From a bacterium (GTDB lineage: Bacteria > Zixibacteria > MSB-5A5 > WJJR01), in contig JAKAKI010000071.1 of assembly GCA_021813505.1 (NCBI GenBank), positions 45 through 64,044 of the forward strand: a stretch of 64,000 nucleotides of DNA, given 5' to 3'. Below the pieces are notes generated by a model. It was not told the origin of the DNA and made no database searches. It saw only the letters and a program-made list of their open reading frames with translations. Below, piece after piece: positions 27,564 to 37,647 of this stretch (the first letter of the stretch is position 1; every line of letters begins with the position of its first letter). The position numbers were made by a program, and so were the translations under genes.

Positions 27564-30500
27564 CTATCGCCCCTCCACACTGAGACGAAATGTCTCGTCG
27601 AATACGTCTTCGCGTGGCCATTTCGGCTTCTTATCGCCACCGCCCATGTCGCCGGCATCGCCGGATTTGAGCACTTTCTGGATCAACGCGGCGCGCATCT
27701 TCTCGTTCTCGGCGCGGCGGGTCACATCGTCCTGACGATCGAAGTACTTGCGCCCATCAATCCAAGTCTGCTCACAATGTGACAATGAGGATAATGGCGG
27801 CCCGCTCCAGAGTGCGAGATCAGCATCTTTGCCCACCTCGATCGATCCAACACGGCTGTCGACGTGCAACTGCTTTGCCGGGTTGATCGTGACGAACTTG
27901 AGGGCATCCTCCTCCGGCACGGCGCCGTACTTCACGGCTTTGTCGGCCTCCCAATTCAATCGGCGGGCCATCTCGCCGGAATCCGAGTTGAACGACACCA
28001 ACACACCGCTGCTGTGCATCAAGGCGCCATTGTAGGGAATGGCATCGCAGACTTCCATCTTGTAGGCCCACCAATCGGAGAAAGTCGATCCACCGACGCC
28101 GTGTTTGGCCATCTCCAGGCCGATCTTGTACCCCTCGAGAACATGCTCGAACGTCACAAGGCGGATCCCGAAATCCTCAAAGGTGCGCATGAGCGCCAGC
28201 ATCTCATCCTGTCGGTAGGCATGGCAGTGGACGAGACGTGTGCCATCCAGAATCTCGACAATAGCATCCAGCTCGAGATCGCGGCGCGGCGGAATCCCCT
28301 TTTTGTCTTTGCGCCACTGAGCCCAGCGGGCCTTGTAATCGAGTCCCGCCTTGAATTCGTCGCGTACGATCTGCTCAGCCCCCATTCGTGTTTGCGGGTA
28401 GCGCGTGTTATACCGATCGCCCCAATTGCTCTGCTTGACGTTTTCACCAAGCGCGAACTTGATGTCCTCGGGAGCGCCCGCCAGTTTCAACTCCTCAGGC
28501 GCCACGCCCCAGCGCAGTTTGATGATCTGGTTTTGCCCGCCGATCGTGTTGGCCGAGCCGTGGAGCACATGCGCCATGGTCACCCCGCCGGCGAGCTGGC
28601 GATAGATCGTGATATCATTGGGATCGATAAAGTCGCCGATGCGAACTTCGGCGGAGATGGTCTGCCCACTCTCGTTGACGCCGCCGTCGGTGGCGATGTG
28701 CGAGTGCTCGTCGATCACGCCGGGCGTCAGGTGTTTTCCCGTCGCGTCGACAATAACCGCACCCGCGGGAACTGCAAGGTCACGGCCGACCGCCGCGATC
28801 TTGCCCTTCTGCACCAGCACCGACGCCTTATCCAGTTTCCCCTGCGGGCCGCTGGTCCATACAGTCGCATTCTGGAAGAAGACCGCATCCGGCTGCGGCG
28901 GAATCGCGGCGACGCCGAATCCACCCAACGGATAATTCACGGGGAACGAGGCCATCTCCGGCGGCGTGACCTTCGCCGTGTCGGGTTCTGGCGCGAACGG
29001 CGCGGTACGTTTCCCGGTCCATGAGAATGCGCCGCCATCGGCCCAGTTGCCGGCACCCAGGAGAGCATCACCGGACAATGTCGCGCTCATGCGCACTACG
29101 CCCGGCCAGGTCAGTGAGTCGCCCTTGAACGCGAATCCCAGGCGGGTGTCGTTCAATCCCACAGAACTGAATTTGCTCTCTTTGCGATTCCGGGTGATGG
29201 AGCCAGACAGTTTGGCCGGCTCGCCTTTCAGGGATAGAGTCACGGTATCGTTCGCCCCCTGGCTCTCCGAAAACTTGAGCTCCCAAGTGCCGCGCACATC
29301 GGCCGCCGGGGGCATATCAGTCTGGAATCGGTCTCCCAGTACCCAAGTCTCCAGAATCTTTGTCTTCTTATTGAAGAGGTCGCCGTCGGTGACAATGAAG
29401 TTCGCCGCCTTGCCAACATCGAGCGTACCGAAGCGATCCGCAACCCCGAACAGTGTCGCGGGCGTGACGGTCAGAGCCTTAAGCGCGGCATCTGGATTCA
29501 ACCCACGTTCGACGGCCTTGCGCACGGCGCCGAGGAATTCGCCGCGATCCTTTAGCCCTTCACTGGTGAAAGCGATGCGCACTCCAGCCTTGTCGAGGCG
29601 TCCGGCATTCTCGGGAGCGATATCCCAGTGCATCATTGTCTCGAGCGAGACCGCCATCGCTTCTTCCGGTGTCTTGACCTTGGGGACATCCGGCATATTG
29701 AGCGGCACAATGATCGGACGGCCTGTTGCCGCAATCTCGTTGAGCCGCCGGTACTCGTTTCCGGAACCGCGGATGATCACGTTCAGACTGAATTCTCTTC
29801 CGATTCTATCGGCTCGCAGGTCGTATAATTCGTCCCCGGCATCGATCACCACCGGCGCGGCTCCTCCCGCATATCCCTGCAACGCTTCGAGTGCATCGTT
29901 TCTTTCCGGACGAGGCAGGGTCTTGTCCTTCTGATAGGCATCCCATGCCTGGCGATACCAATCGGCATCGTAGAAAGACTGGCGGAACAGCGAGTAGGCC
30001 CCCATCGGAGAACCAGGATATCCCTCACCATCGCCGAAGCCGCGCGATGTCGTGATCTTACCGTGGAGGGCCACCCGGTCCTTCACGATCGAGGCTGTTC
30101 CATCCCCCTCACCGGTAGTGACCAGAACACTGGTCCCCTTGATGATCCCCTTGGCCGGCGCCAGCAGGCGGGCCGTGATGCCCTGGCCGCGCAGTTTCTT
30201 GTTGAGATCGTCATCCGGGACATAGGTCCGGTCGGCGCGTGTCTGCGGGACAATGTCGGCGCTCCAATAATTCGCTCCGCCCTTGGGCGCGGGAGTCCCG
30301 GGACCCTGGCCGTCGCCACGCATTCCCATGCCCCCGCCCTGTCCCGGCGCCTCTTTGGGAGGCTCGGTATAGGCATCGATCAACCCGGCGTAGACCGTCT
30401 TTCCGGTCATATCAAAAACGCGAGCGTCCTTGGGGACTGCGACATTTGGTCCAGCGGCTGTGATAACGCCATCCCGCACCACGAGTGTGGCTTTCTCCGC

Positions 30501-30677
30501 AACCTGTCCGGGAGCGGCGACCAAACGTACGCCGGTGAGCGCAAATACCGCCGGTGTGTTTTCGCGAATACCCGGTGGCGGCACGGTTGTCTCCGCCGCC
30601 ATGGCGAGCGTGAAGCCCGCGACGGACGCGAAGACCAAAAAGGTACGGTGGATCCGGCGGCCATGAAATGCGTGCAT
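27564..30677 (-). CDS. large two-lobed amidohydrolase-family protein
   Basis: Signal peptide. N-lobe GKTVYAGLIDAYTE has no HxH. C-lobe GKHLTPGVIDEHSHIATDGG has a canonical HxH, and ...GSIEVGKDADLALW is also present. Confidence 0.8.
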   Translation of the reverse strand: MHAFHGRRIHRTFLVFASVAGFTLAMAAETTVPPPGIRENTPAVFALTGVRLVAAPGQVAEKATLVVRDGVITAAGPNVAVPKDARVFDMTGKTVYAGLIDAYTEPPKEAPGQGGGMGMRGDGQGPGTPAPKGGANYWSADIVPQTRADRTYVPDDDLNKKLRGQGITARLLAPAKGIIKGTSVLVTTGEGDGTASIVKDRVALHGKITTSRGFGDGEGYPGSPMGAYSLFRQSFYDADWYRQAWDAYQKDKTLPRPERNDALEALQGYAGGAAPVVIDAGDELYDLRADRIGREFSLNVIIRGSGNEYRRLNEIAATGRPIIVPLNMPDVPKVKTPEEAMAVSLETMMHWDIAPENAGRLDKAGVRIAFTSEGLKDRGEFLGAVRKAVERGLNPDAALKALTVTPATLFGVADRFGTLDVGKAANFIVTDGDLFNKKTKILETWVLGDRFQTDMPPAADVRGTWELKFSESQGANDTVTLSLKGEPAKLSGSITRNRKESKFSSVGLNDTRLGFAFKGDSLTWPGVVRMSATLSGDALLGAGNWADGGAFSWTGKRTAPFAPEPDTAKVTPPEMASFPVNYPLGGFGVAAIPPQPDAVFFQNATVWTSGPQGKLDKASVLVQKGKIAAVGRDLAVPAGAVIVDATGKHLTPGVIDEHSHIATDGGVNESGQTISAEVRIGDFIDPNDITIYRQLAGGVTMAHVLHGSANTIGGQNQIIKLRWGVAPEELKLAGAPEDIKFALGENVKQSNWGDRYNTRYPQTRMGAEQIVRDEFKAGLDYKARWAQWRKDKKGIPPRRDLELDAIVEILDGTRLVHCHAYRQDEMLALMRTFEDFGIRLVTFEHVLEGYKIGLEMAKHGVGGSTFSDWWAYKMEVCDAIPYNGALMHSSGVLVSFNSDSGEMARRLNWEADKAVKYGAVPEEDALKFVTINPAKQLHVDSRVGSIEVGKDADLALWSGPPLSSLSHCEQTWIDGRKYFDRQDDVTRRAENEKMRAALIQKVLKSGDAGDMGGGDKKPKWPREDVFDETFRLSVEGR

Positions 30678-31010
30678 GCCAGTTCCTTTCGTCGATCAGT
30701 GGTTTGTTCAGTCCTCCGCCGGCGTGCATTCTGCCGGCGACTGCTTGCTGCGGTCGGGAGCACGTGTGGATATCGAGTGGCTCCCGGCGACTTGGAGATG
30801 ATAGTCATTCGTTGCACGGAATCCAGCCAAATCGGAGAAAATCAGATGCCTCTGGCACGTTGCGCGTCGTATCCGAAAACAGGCTGTGTATCGGTTGAAA
30901 CATTTGCACGCCCAACCCGTAAGATCAGAGTGCCGCCGTATTGGCGGCAAGGTGGCGTTCGTGTCCGCGTACGCAAATTCTCGCAACGACTGAAACTTCG
31001 GGAGTGAAGG

Positions 31011-32102
31011 ATGGTTAAGAAAATCCTGCTGGGCCTAACACTGCTTGTGGTGGCCGCCGCAATCGTCTTCATGGTCTTCAAGCGCACTGGTCAGACGGAC
31101 AATTCATTCAAACTCGTCAAAGTCGAACGGGGCACCGTTGTCGACAAGGCGCTGGCAATCGGCCGCATCGAGCCGGGAAATGAAATCGCGATAAAGTCGA
31201 AGATATCCGGGCTGGTCAGAAAGATCTATGTCGAGATCGGCGATTCGGTCAAGGTGGGTGATCCACTGATCGAAATCAAACCCGACCCGACGCCGCAGGA
31301 ATACGCCGAAGCCAAACGTAGCGCACAGTTGGCGGCGGTTACCTATGACAACGCCAAACGTGAGTACAATCGGGCGCAGGATTTGAAGGAAAAGGGCCAC
31401 ATCTCGGAACAGGATTTTGAAAACGCGCGGCAAGCTTCCGACGAAGCGGATCTGCGTCTCAAGCTGGCCGATGAGCAGTTGTCTCTAATCGAAAGTGGCA
31501 AGACGAGGGTTGCCGACCGGTCCGTCGAGTCAGTTCTCCGTTCACCCATCAGTGGCACGGTGCTCGCCCGCCATGTGAACGAGGGCGATCCGGTCGTGCC
31601 GCTGACCACCTACCAGCAGGGAACCGAAGTCTTGACACTGGCCTCGATGGCGCAACTCCTGTTCAAGGGGACGGTTGATGAGATCGACGTCGGCAAGTTG
31701 CGGGAAGGGATGCCGGCGGAAATCAAGATTGGCGCCCTGCCATCCGCCCAGGTCAAAGGCACGCTCTACAAGATATCTCCCAAAGCCCGCAAGGAAGACA
31801 ACACCATCCTCTTCGACGTTGAGATTCACTTGAAGCCCTCCGACTCAATCGTGGCATTGCGCGCCGGCTATTCCGCCAACGCCGACATCGTCATCAACAA
31901 GAAAGACAGCGTCCTGGTTTTGCCGGAGCGGCTCGTCACATTCAAAGCCGACAGCGCTTTTGTGGAGATCCCCGGCGAAAAGGGTGAAGCTACGAAACTA
32001 GCGATCAAGACAGGTCTCTCCGACGGCCTGAAAGTGGAAATCCTCGCCGGTATCGATGAGGGCAAGGAAGTGATTGAGCGGCCACCCAAGGAGATTAAGT
32101 AG
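31011..32102 (+). CDS. efflux periplasmic adaptor (HlyD/MacA-like membrane fusion protein)
   Basis: N-terminal anchor; lipoyl-like IKSKISGLVRKIYVEIGDSVKVGDPLIEI; coiled-coil hairpin; beta-barrel region. Confidence 0.85.
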   Translation: MVKKILLGLTLLVVAAAIVFMVFKRTGQTDNSFKLVKVERGTVVDKALAIGRIEPGNEIAIKSKISGLVRKIYVEIGDSVKVGDPLIEIKPDPTPQEYAEAKRSAQLAAVTYDNAKREYNRAQDLKEKGHISEQDFENARQASDEADLRLKLADEQLSLIESGKTRVADRSVESVLRSPISGTVLARHVNEGDPVVPLTTYQQGTEVLTLASMAQLLFKGTVDEIDVGKLREGMPAEIKIGALPSAQVKGTLYKISPKARKEDNTILFDVEIHLKPSDSIVALRAGYSANADIVINKKDSVLVLPERLVTFKADSAFVEIPGEKGEATKLAIKTGLSDGLKVEILAGIDEGKEVIERPPKEIK

Positions 32103-32190
32103 ACGGCGTGAACTACACTCGGCTCACTCTGCGAACGAGCTGGATCAAAACCGACATGAGTATCCAATGCTTACGTGAAGATGCGTTTCT

Positions 32191-32260
32191 GGGAGAGCGA
32201 GGCTCCTGCCGAGCCCTGATGCCGCGCGCGCGAATGGCTCGGCGGGAGCCTCGCCCTCCC
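32191..32260 (+). repeat. palindromic intergenic element, family 1, copy c (between the adaptor and permease genes)
   Basis: GGGAGAGCGAGGCTCCTGCCGAGCC (32191-32215) and GGCTCGGCGGGAGCCTCGCCCTCCC (32236-32260). Confidence 0.85.
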
Positions 32261-32327
32261 TGCAAGTATCTGACACCTTGGATGCAAGCGATGACTTCAG
32301 GAATGCGATTGAGCTAGGTCGGTCCCC

Positions 32328-33560
32328 ATGGCCCTCGGTGTCTTCGTTTCCCAATTCTTCCGTGATCTGCGCTCGCAGAAGCTGAGAACGTTTCTGACGG
32401 TGTTCGGGATTTTTTGGGGGACGGCGTCGGTGATACTCCTGCTCGCGTTCGGCAAGGGCATCCACGCCCATCAGCAGAAGGCATTTCGCGGGATGGGTGA
32501 GTACATCGTGATCATGTGGCCGGGGCGCACATCGATTCCGTATCAGGGCCTGGGGAGAAATCGGGCAATACGGTTTCGTGAGGCCGACGTGGAGGTCCTC
32601 AAGCGCGACGTACCCCACATGGGCTCGATCTCACCGGAGTACGTCATGTGGGACGCGAAAGGCCGGGTGGGAAAGCTGGAGAAGCTGATGCGCGTGCAAG
32701 GCTGCTGGCCCGAGTTTGCACCGATGCGCAACATTATCCCGGACGCAACCTCCCGCTTCCTCAACGACGAGGACATGGCACTGAAGCGGCGCGTGATATT
32801 CCTTGGGACTGATTTGAAGAAGGAACTGTTCGGCGATGAAGACGCCATCGGGCGCATGGTCTTCGTGAATGGCGTGCCCTTCAAAGTGATCGGCGTCATG
32901 GTGAAGAAGGAGCAGGATTCGTCGTACGGCGGACGCGATGTCAACAGCGCCTGGATTCCCTCGACGACGTTCAAGGCGATGTACGGACGCGAGTATGTCA
33001 ATGACGTCGTCTTCAAGGCGGACGATATCACCCGTACGGAATCGGTCAAGAAAGGCGTCTACCAGGTCCTGGGTGCACGTTACAAATTTGATCCCGACGA
33101 CAAGGAGGCTCTGCAACTCTGGGACACCACGGAGCAGGAGAAGTTCTTCGGGACATTTTTCATGGCGTTCCGCGTGTTCCTCGGTGTCATCGGCGCGTTT
33201 ACGCTGATTGTCGGCGGCATCGGCGTCTCCAATATCATGAACGTGGTCGTCGAAGAGCGCACCAAGGAAATCGGCATCAAGATGGCGCTGGGCGCCAAGC
33301 CGCGGTTCATCATGAGTCAGTTCGTGATCGAAACGTTCATGCTCACCGGCATCGGCGGAATCCTCGGGTTCCTCTTCGCCTGGGCGGTGGTATCGGTGGT
33401 GCCGAGTTTCAAAGTCGAAGATTATATCGGCACACCGGAGATTTCACGCTCAGTTGCCATCGCCGCGATGATGGTTCTGGGTATTGTCGGCATGCTCTCC
33501 GGCTACTTCCCGGCGCGGCGGGCATCGCAGTGCAATCCGATCGAGGCACTCCGATTGTAG
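32328..33560 (+). CDS. ABC transporter permease, MacB/FtsX type (periplasmic MacB_PCD + FtsX)
   Basis: LRSQKLRTFLTVFGIFWG N-terminal TM, a large periplasmic loop and a C-terminal FtsX region (ERTKEIGIKMALGAKPRFI...YFPARRASQCNPIEALR). Confidence 0.85.
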   Translation: MALGVFVSQFFRDLRSQKLRTFLTVFGIFWGTASVILLLAFGKGIHAHQQKAFRGMGEYIVIMWPGRTSIPYQGLGRNRAIRFREADVEVLKRDVPHMGSISPEYVMWDAKGRVGKLEKLMRVQGCWPEFAPMRNIIPDATSRFLNDEDMALKRRVIFLGTDLKKELFGDEDAIGRMVFVNGVPFKVIGVMVKKEQDSSYGGRDVNSAWIPSTTFKAMYGREYVNDVVFKADDITRTESVKKGVYQVLGARYKFDPDDKEALQLWDTTEQEKFFGTFFMAFRVFLGVIGAFTLIVGGIGVSNIMNVVVEERTKEIGIKMALGAKPRFIMSQFVIETFMLTGIGGILGFLFAWAVVSVVPSFKVEDYIGTPEISRSVAIAAMMVLGIVGMLSGYFPARRASQCNPIEALRL

Positions 33561-33575
33561 GTTTTGGGCTTTGTT

Positions 33576-34826
33576 ATGACGTTGAAACTCTTCCTCCAAT
33601 ATTTCTGGCGCGACTTCCGCAAGCAGAAGAAGCGTGCGACGCTCACGGTCGCCGCCATTGTCTGGGGGACGTTTTCCATTCTGATGCTGCTCGCGTTCGG
33701 CGAGGGGTTGAAAGACCAGCTCGGCAAGAACCAGCGCAGCCTCGGTGAATGCATCATCATCGTCTGGCCGGGGCAGACGTCCATCCCATACAAGGGTCTC
33801 CCACGCGGGCGCCGAATCCATTTCCGCCCCGAGGACGTGGAATTGATCAAGAAGAGTATCCCGGAAATCTGGCGCGTGGGCGCCGAGTATTCCAACTGGG
33901 GTGTCGACGTCGTGAACGGCAAGAGAGTCTTCTCGCAGCACGTTACCGGAGAATACCCCACCTACGAATTCATGCGCGTGCAGTACGCCGAGCGCGGCGG
34001 TCGGTACTTGAATGACACCGACATGGAGTTCAAGCGCCGGGTCGTGTTCCTCGGTTACGAACTCAACAAGAAACTCTTCGGGGATGAGCCGTCGGTGGGT
34101 CAAACCGTCTTCATCGCGCGGATTCCGTTCACGGTCATCGGGGTCGGGCAGAACAAGCAGCAAATGGGCATGTACGGCGGACCCGATGTCGAGAAGGCCA
34201 CCATGCCGGCCACGACTTACCAGTCGATCTTCGGAGACAAGTACCTCGACAATTTGGTGATCCAGCCACGGGATGCCGAAACCGCCGAGTTGGTCAAGTC
34301 GCGCCTCTACCAGGTGCTGGGGGCCAAAAACCAATTCGACCCCGCCGACAAGCAGGCATTGTCAATCTGGGACACGATTGAGAATCAGAAAGACTTTAGC
34401 AAGATGATGCTGGGGATGCAGATCTTCATGGGGATTCTCGGCGGATTGACGCTGCTCATCGCCGGTGTCGGCGTCGCCAACATCATGTATGTGGTGATCA
34501 AGGAACGCACCAAAGAGATCGGGATTAAGATGGCGCTGGGTGCCAAGCCCCAGACAATCCACAATCAGTTCCTGTTGGAAGCACTTCTGATTTGCTTCTC
34601 CGGCGGCGCAATTGGCATCTTCATTTCGCAGCTCATTTGCGATCTGGCATCGGTCGTTCCGCGTGATCCCACCTCGTCAATGTCGTGGCTCGGCAATCCC
34701 ACAATCTCGCTGCCGATCGGCCTGATTACCGTCGTCATTCTCGCGATCATCGGGCTGACGGCCGGTTATTTCCCGGCACGACGCGCCGCCCGTTTGAACC
34801 CAGCGGAGACATTACGGTATGAATAA
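33576..34826 (+). CDS. ABC transporter permease, MacB/FtsX type (second paralog)
   Basis: Same architecture as the first permease (ERTKEIGIKMALGAKPQTI...YFPARRAARLNPAETLR). ATG 33576; the track ORF starts at TTG 33564. Confidence 0.85.
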   Translation: MTLKLFLQYFWRDFRKQKKRATLTVAAIVWGTFSILMLLAFGEGLKDQLGKNQRSLGECIIIVWPGQTSIPYKGLPRGRRIHFRPEDVELIKKSIPEIWRVGAEYSNWGVDVVNGKRVFSQHVTGEYPTYEFMRVQYAERGGRYLNDTDMEFKRRVVFLGYELNKKLFGDEPSVGQTVFIARIPFTVIGVGQNKQQMGMYGGPDVEKATMPATTYQSIFGDKYLDNLVIQPRDAETAELVKSRLYQVLGAKNQFDPADKQALSIWDTIENQKDFSKMMLGMQIFMGILGGLTLLIAGVGVANIMYVVIKERTKEIGIKMALGAKPQTIHNQFLLEALLICFSGGAIGIFISQLICDLASVVPRDPTSSMSWLGNPTISLPIGLITVVILAIIGLTAGYFPARRAARLNPAETLRYE

Positions 34827-34934
34827 TGTGTGGTTAAAACGAGTCGCTCCCGTGAAGCGCAAGGGGCTGAAAGCCCCTTGGAGTCCCGAATACCGAAGAG
34901 ACCCGAGTCTTAACACCTGTTTGAGGATTTCATC

Positions 34935-35627
34935 ATGAGCAGCAATGGCACAATGGTCAAACTCAGTGGTGTTCGCAAAATCTACGACACCGGCAAAGTC
35001 AAAGTTGAAGCGCTGCGCGGGATCGATCTGCATGTGCGCCGCGGCGAATTCATGACGCTGGTCGGACCGTCGGGCTCCGGCAAATCGACCTTGATGAACA
35101 TCCTGGGATGCCTGGATGTGCCCAGCGAAGGCACCTACGAATTCGATGGCCAGCGCGTCGACCGTCTGCCAGTCAGCCAACTGGCGGAAATCCGCAATCG
35201 CAGCATCGGATTCGTGTTCCAGAACTTCAACCTGCTCCCCTACTCGACGGCGCTTGAAAATGTCGAACTGCCGCTGGTGTTTCGCGGCCTCGGTGCCAAG
35301 GAACGGCGCAAGCGCGCCGCCGAACTTCTTGAAAAGATCGGACTGGGTGACCGCATGGAGCACAAAGCCACCGAGCTTTCCGGCGGGCAGATGCAACGTG
35401 TCGCCATCGCGCGCGCGTTGGCCAACAACCCTCCCCTGCTCCTCGCCGACGAACCGACCGGAAATCTCGACTCCGCCTCGGGCCGTGAAATCGTTGATTT
35501 GTTCGAAAATCTCTGGAAGGCCGGCCACACGATCATGATCATCACGCATGATCCAAACCTCCCGATGCGCACCGAGCGTACAATTCACTTGCGCGACGGA
35601 CGGCTGGAAGACGGGGCCGCGGGTTAG
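34935..35627 (+). CDS. ABC transporter ATP-binding protein (MacB/LolD-like)
   Basis: Walker A GPSGSGKST, signature LSGGQMQRVAIARAL, Walker B LLLADEPTGNLD, H-loop ITHD. Confidence 0.9.
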   Translation: MSSNGTMVKLSGVRKIYDTGKVKVEALRGIDLHVRRGEFMTLVGPSGSGKSTLMNILGCLDVPSEGTYEFDGQRVDRLPVSQLAEIRNRSIGFVFQNFNLLPYSTALENVELPLVFRGLGAKERRKRAAELLEKIGLGDRMEHKATELSGGQMQRVAIARALANNPPLLLADEPTGNLDSASGREIVDLFENLWKAGHTIMIITHDPNLPMRTERTIHLRDGRLEDGAAG

Positions 35628-35651
35628 TTCTTTGCGCACAGCTTAGCAGGT

Positions 35652-35738
35652 GGGAGTGCGATCCGCCGCGGCGGACTGCCGAGCCGTGTGCCCGCGCGGA
35701 AAGAGACTCGACAGTCCGCCGCGGCGGATCGCCCTCCC
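35652..35738 (+). repeat. palindromic intergenic element, family 1 variant, copy d
   Basis: GGGAGTGCGATCCGCCGCGGCGGACTGCCGAGCC ... GACTCGACAGTCCGCCGCGGCGGATCGCCCTCCC. It shares the GGGAG.GCG / CGCCCTCCC termini and the GCCGAGCC motif with copies a-c. Each arm contains the self-palindrome CCGCCGCGGCGG. Confidence 0.7.
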
Positions 35739-35808
35739 ATTTCGGCGTCCTAATCCTGCAACCAATCTTGATATCACGATTTGTGACTTCAAGATTTCCG
35801 ATCAATAG

Positions 35809-36807
35809 TCACAGCTCTTTAACTATCGCCTCCGCAAACTCCAGCGTCGTCGCCGTCCCGCCCAAGTCGGCGGTGCGGATTTCGCCGCGTTTGAGAACCG
35901 CGAACGCGGCAGTGCGGATACGATCAGCGATGTCGTCTTTCCCCATCCGGCGCAGCATGAGAATGCCGGAAAAGATGATGGCCAGTGGATTTGCGATTCC
36001 CTTGCCGGCGATATCGGGTGCCGATCCATGCACCGCTTCGAAGACAGCACACTGGTCGCCCAGATTCGCCCCCGGCACGACACCCAATCCCCCGACAAGT
36101 CCCGCCGCCAGATCGGAGACGATGTCCCCGTAAAGATTGGACAGGAGCAGCACATCAAACCGTTCGGGAGTCATGACCAGCTTCATGCACAGCGCATCGA
36201 CGATGCAATCGTCGAATTGGATGTCCGTGAACTCGCGCGACACTTTGCGCGCCGAGTCGAGAAACAGCCCATCTGAGACCTTCATGATGTTGGCCTTGTG
36301 GACGACCGTGACCTTCTGACGGCCGCGCTTCCGGGCGTACTCGAACGCAAAGCGGGCAATGCGCTCGGAGGCCAGCGCCGTGATCACCTTGATCGATTCA
36401 GTCACGCCGGGAGCGATGATGTGCTCGATCCCGGAGTACAGATCCTCGGTGTTTTCGCGAACGATGATCAGATCAATGTTGTCGTAACGCGACTTGATCC
36501 CGGCCAGTGTGCGAACGGGACGGACATTGGCATACAGATCCAGCTCTTTGCGGAGCGTAACATTCGCGGAGGCGAAGCCCTTACCCACAAACGTTGTCAG
36601 CGGCCCCTTGAGCGCCAGCCCATTGCGGCGAATCGAATCCAGGAGCGAATCGGGCACCGGTTTGCCGAAATCGGCGAAGACCTTCATACCGGCATCGTGG
36701 CGCTCCCATTCGATATCCGCTCCCGCCGCATCGATGATCCTTACCGCGGCTTCGCTGATTTCCGGCCCGATCCCGTCACCGGGGATGAGTGTCACTTTGG
36801 CTGGCAT
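35809..36807 (-). CDS. isocitrate/isopropylmalate dehydrogenase family enzyme, most like NAD-dependent isocitrate dehydrogenase
   Basis: LIPGDGIGPE, RENTEDLYSG, VHKANIMKVSDGLF, NLYGDIVSDLAAGLVGGLG, HGSAPDIAGKGIANP. ATG 36807 has AAGGAG 8 nt upstream; the track ORF starts at 36909. Confidence 0.85.
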   Translation of the reverse strand: MPAKVTLIPGDGIGPEISEAAVRIIDAAGADIEWERHDAGMKVFADFGKPVPDSLLDSIRRNGLALKGPLTTFVGKGFASANVTLRKELDLYANVRPVRTLAGIKSRYDNIDLIIVRENTEDLYSGIEHIIAPGVTESIKVITALASERIARFAFEYARKRGRQKVTVVHKANIMKVSDGLFLDSARKVSREFTDIQFDDCIVDALCMKLVMTPERFDVLLLSNLYGDIVSDLAAGLVGGLGVVPGANLGDQCAVFEAVHGSAPDIAGKGIANPLAIIFSGILMLRRMGKDDIADRIRTAAFAVLKRGEIRTADLGGTATTLEFAEAIVKEL

Positions 36808-36999
36808 CTTATCGCTCCTTTCGAGGCCGGGCGGTTCCGAGCTTTGAAATAACGGTCCGCCACTGTAGATTCGGTCGCCCCGGCCACTCGGTGGACGGGT
36901 CGGAATCAATATGGCGACTCAAGCGGCATCGAGTGGCAAAAACAGATCGCGTATGGCGCGTATTGTTGCGTCCCGGCGCCTGAGGATCAAGGACGCGAG

Positions 37000-37647
37000 A
37001 TGATCGCTCAAGTCCTCGATTTCATCCTTCATATCGACCGGCATCTCAACGGATTGATCCAGCAGTATGGCACTTGGACCTACGGAATTCTGTTCACCAT
37101 CATCTTCGCCGAAACCGGTCTGGTCGCCACCCCGTTTCTTCCCGGCGATTCGCTGCTGTTTGCCGCCGGCGCGTTTGCGGCGCAGGGTTCGCTGGACGTG
37201 GCGGTCCTGTTCTTCCTGTTGGGCGCCGCCGCAGTGCTCGGGGACACGGTCAACTACTGGATCGGGCGGTTCATCGGTCCCAAAGTGTTTCACGATGGCA
37301 AAGTGCGCTTTTTCAAGCGGGAACATCTCGAACGCACACATCGATTCTATGAGAAGTATGGTGGCCGGACCATCATCATCGCCCGCTTTGTGCCGATCAT
37401 TCGCACCTTCGCTCCATTCGTGGCTGGCATCGGCAGCATGAGCTACGGCCGCTTCATGAGCTACAACGTCTTTGGCGGCATCGGCTGGATCGCGGTGTTT
37501 CTGTTCGCGGGTTACTATTTTGGCAATATCCCCAGTGTGAAGAACAACTTCACCCTCGTCATTCTTGTCATCATCCTGATCTCGGTTGTGCCCGCGGTCG
37601 TCGAGATAATTCGTCAGCGCCGGGCAGGAAGACCCGCGAAATCGTAG
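37000..37647 (+). CDS. DedA-family (VTT/SNARE-associated) membrane protein
   Basis: [19 protein letters not shown]...[11 protein letters not shown]...[23 protein letters not shown]. Confidence 0.85.
   Translation: MIAQVLDFILHIDRHLNGLIQQYGTWTYGILFTIIFAETGLVATPFLPGDSLLFAAGAFAAQGSLDVAVLFFLLGAAAVLGDTVNYWIGRFIGPKVFHDGKVRFFKREHLERTHRFYEKYGGRTIIIARFVPIIRTFAPFVAGIGSMSYGRFMSYNVFGGIGWIAVFLFAGYYFGNIPSVKNNFTLVILVIILISVVPAVVEIIRQRRAGRPAKS

Noticed and set aside
34861-34879. The hairpin AAGGGGCT-GAA-AGCCCCTT between the second permease and the ATPase gene, considered as a copy of the RAYT-flank hairpin.
   Set aside because: The loop is similar (GAA), but the stem has G and C swapped relative to GCCC(C)TGAAAGGG(G)C, so it is not the same family. 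It is probably just a local intra-operon stem-loop.
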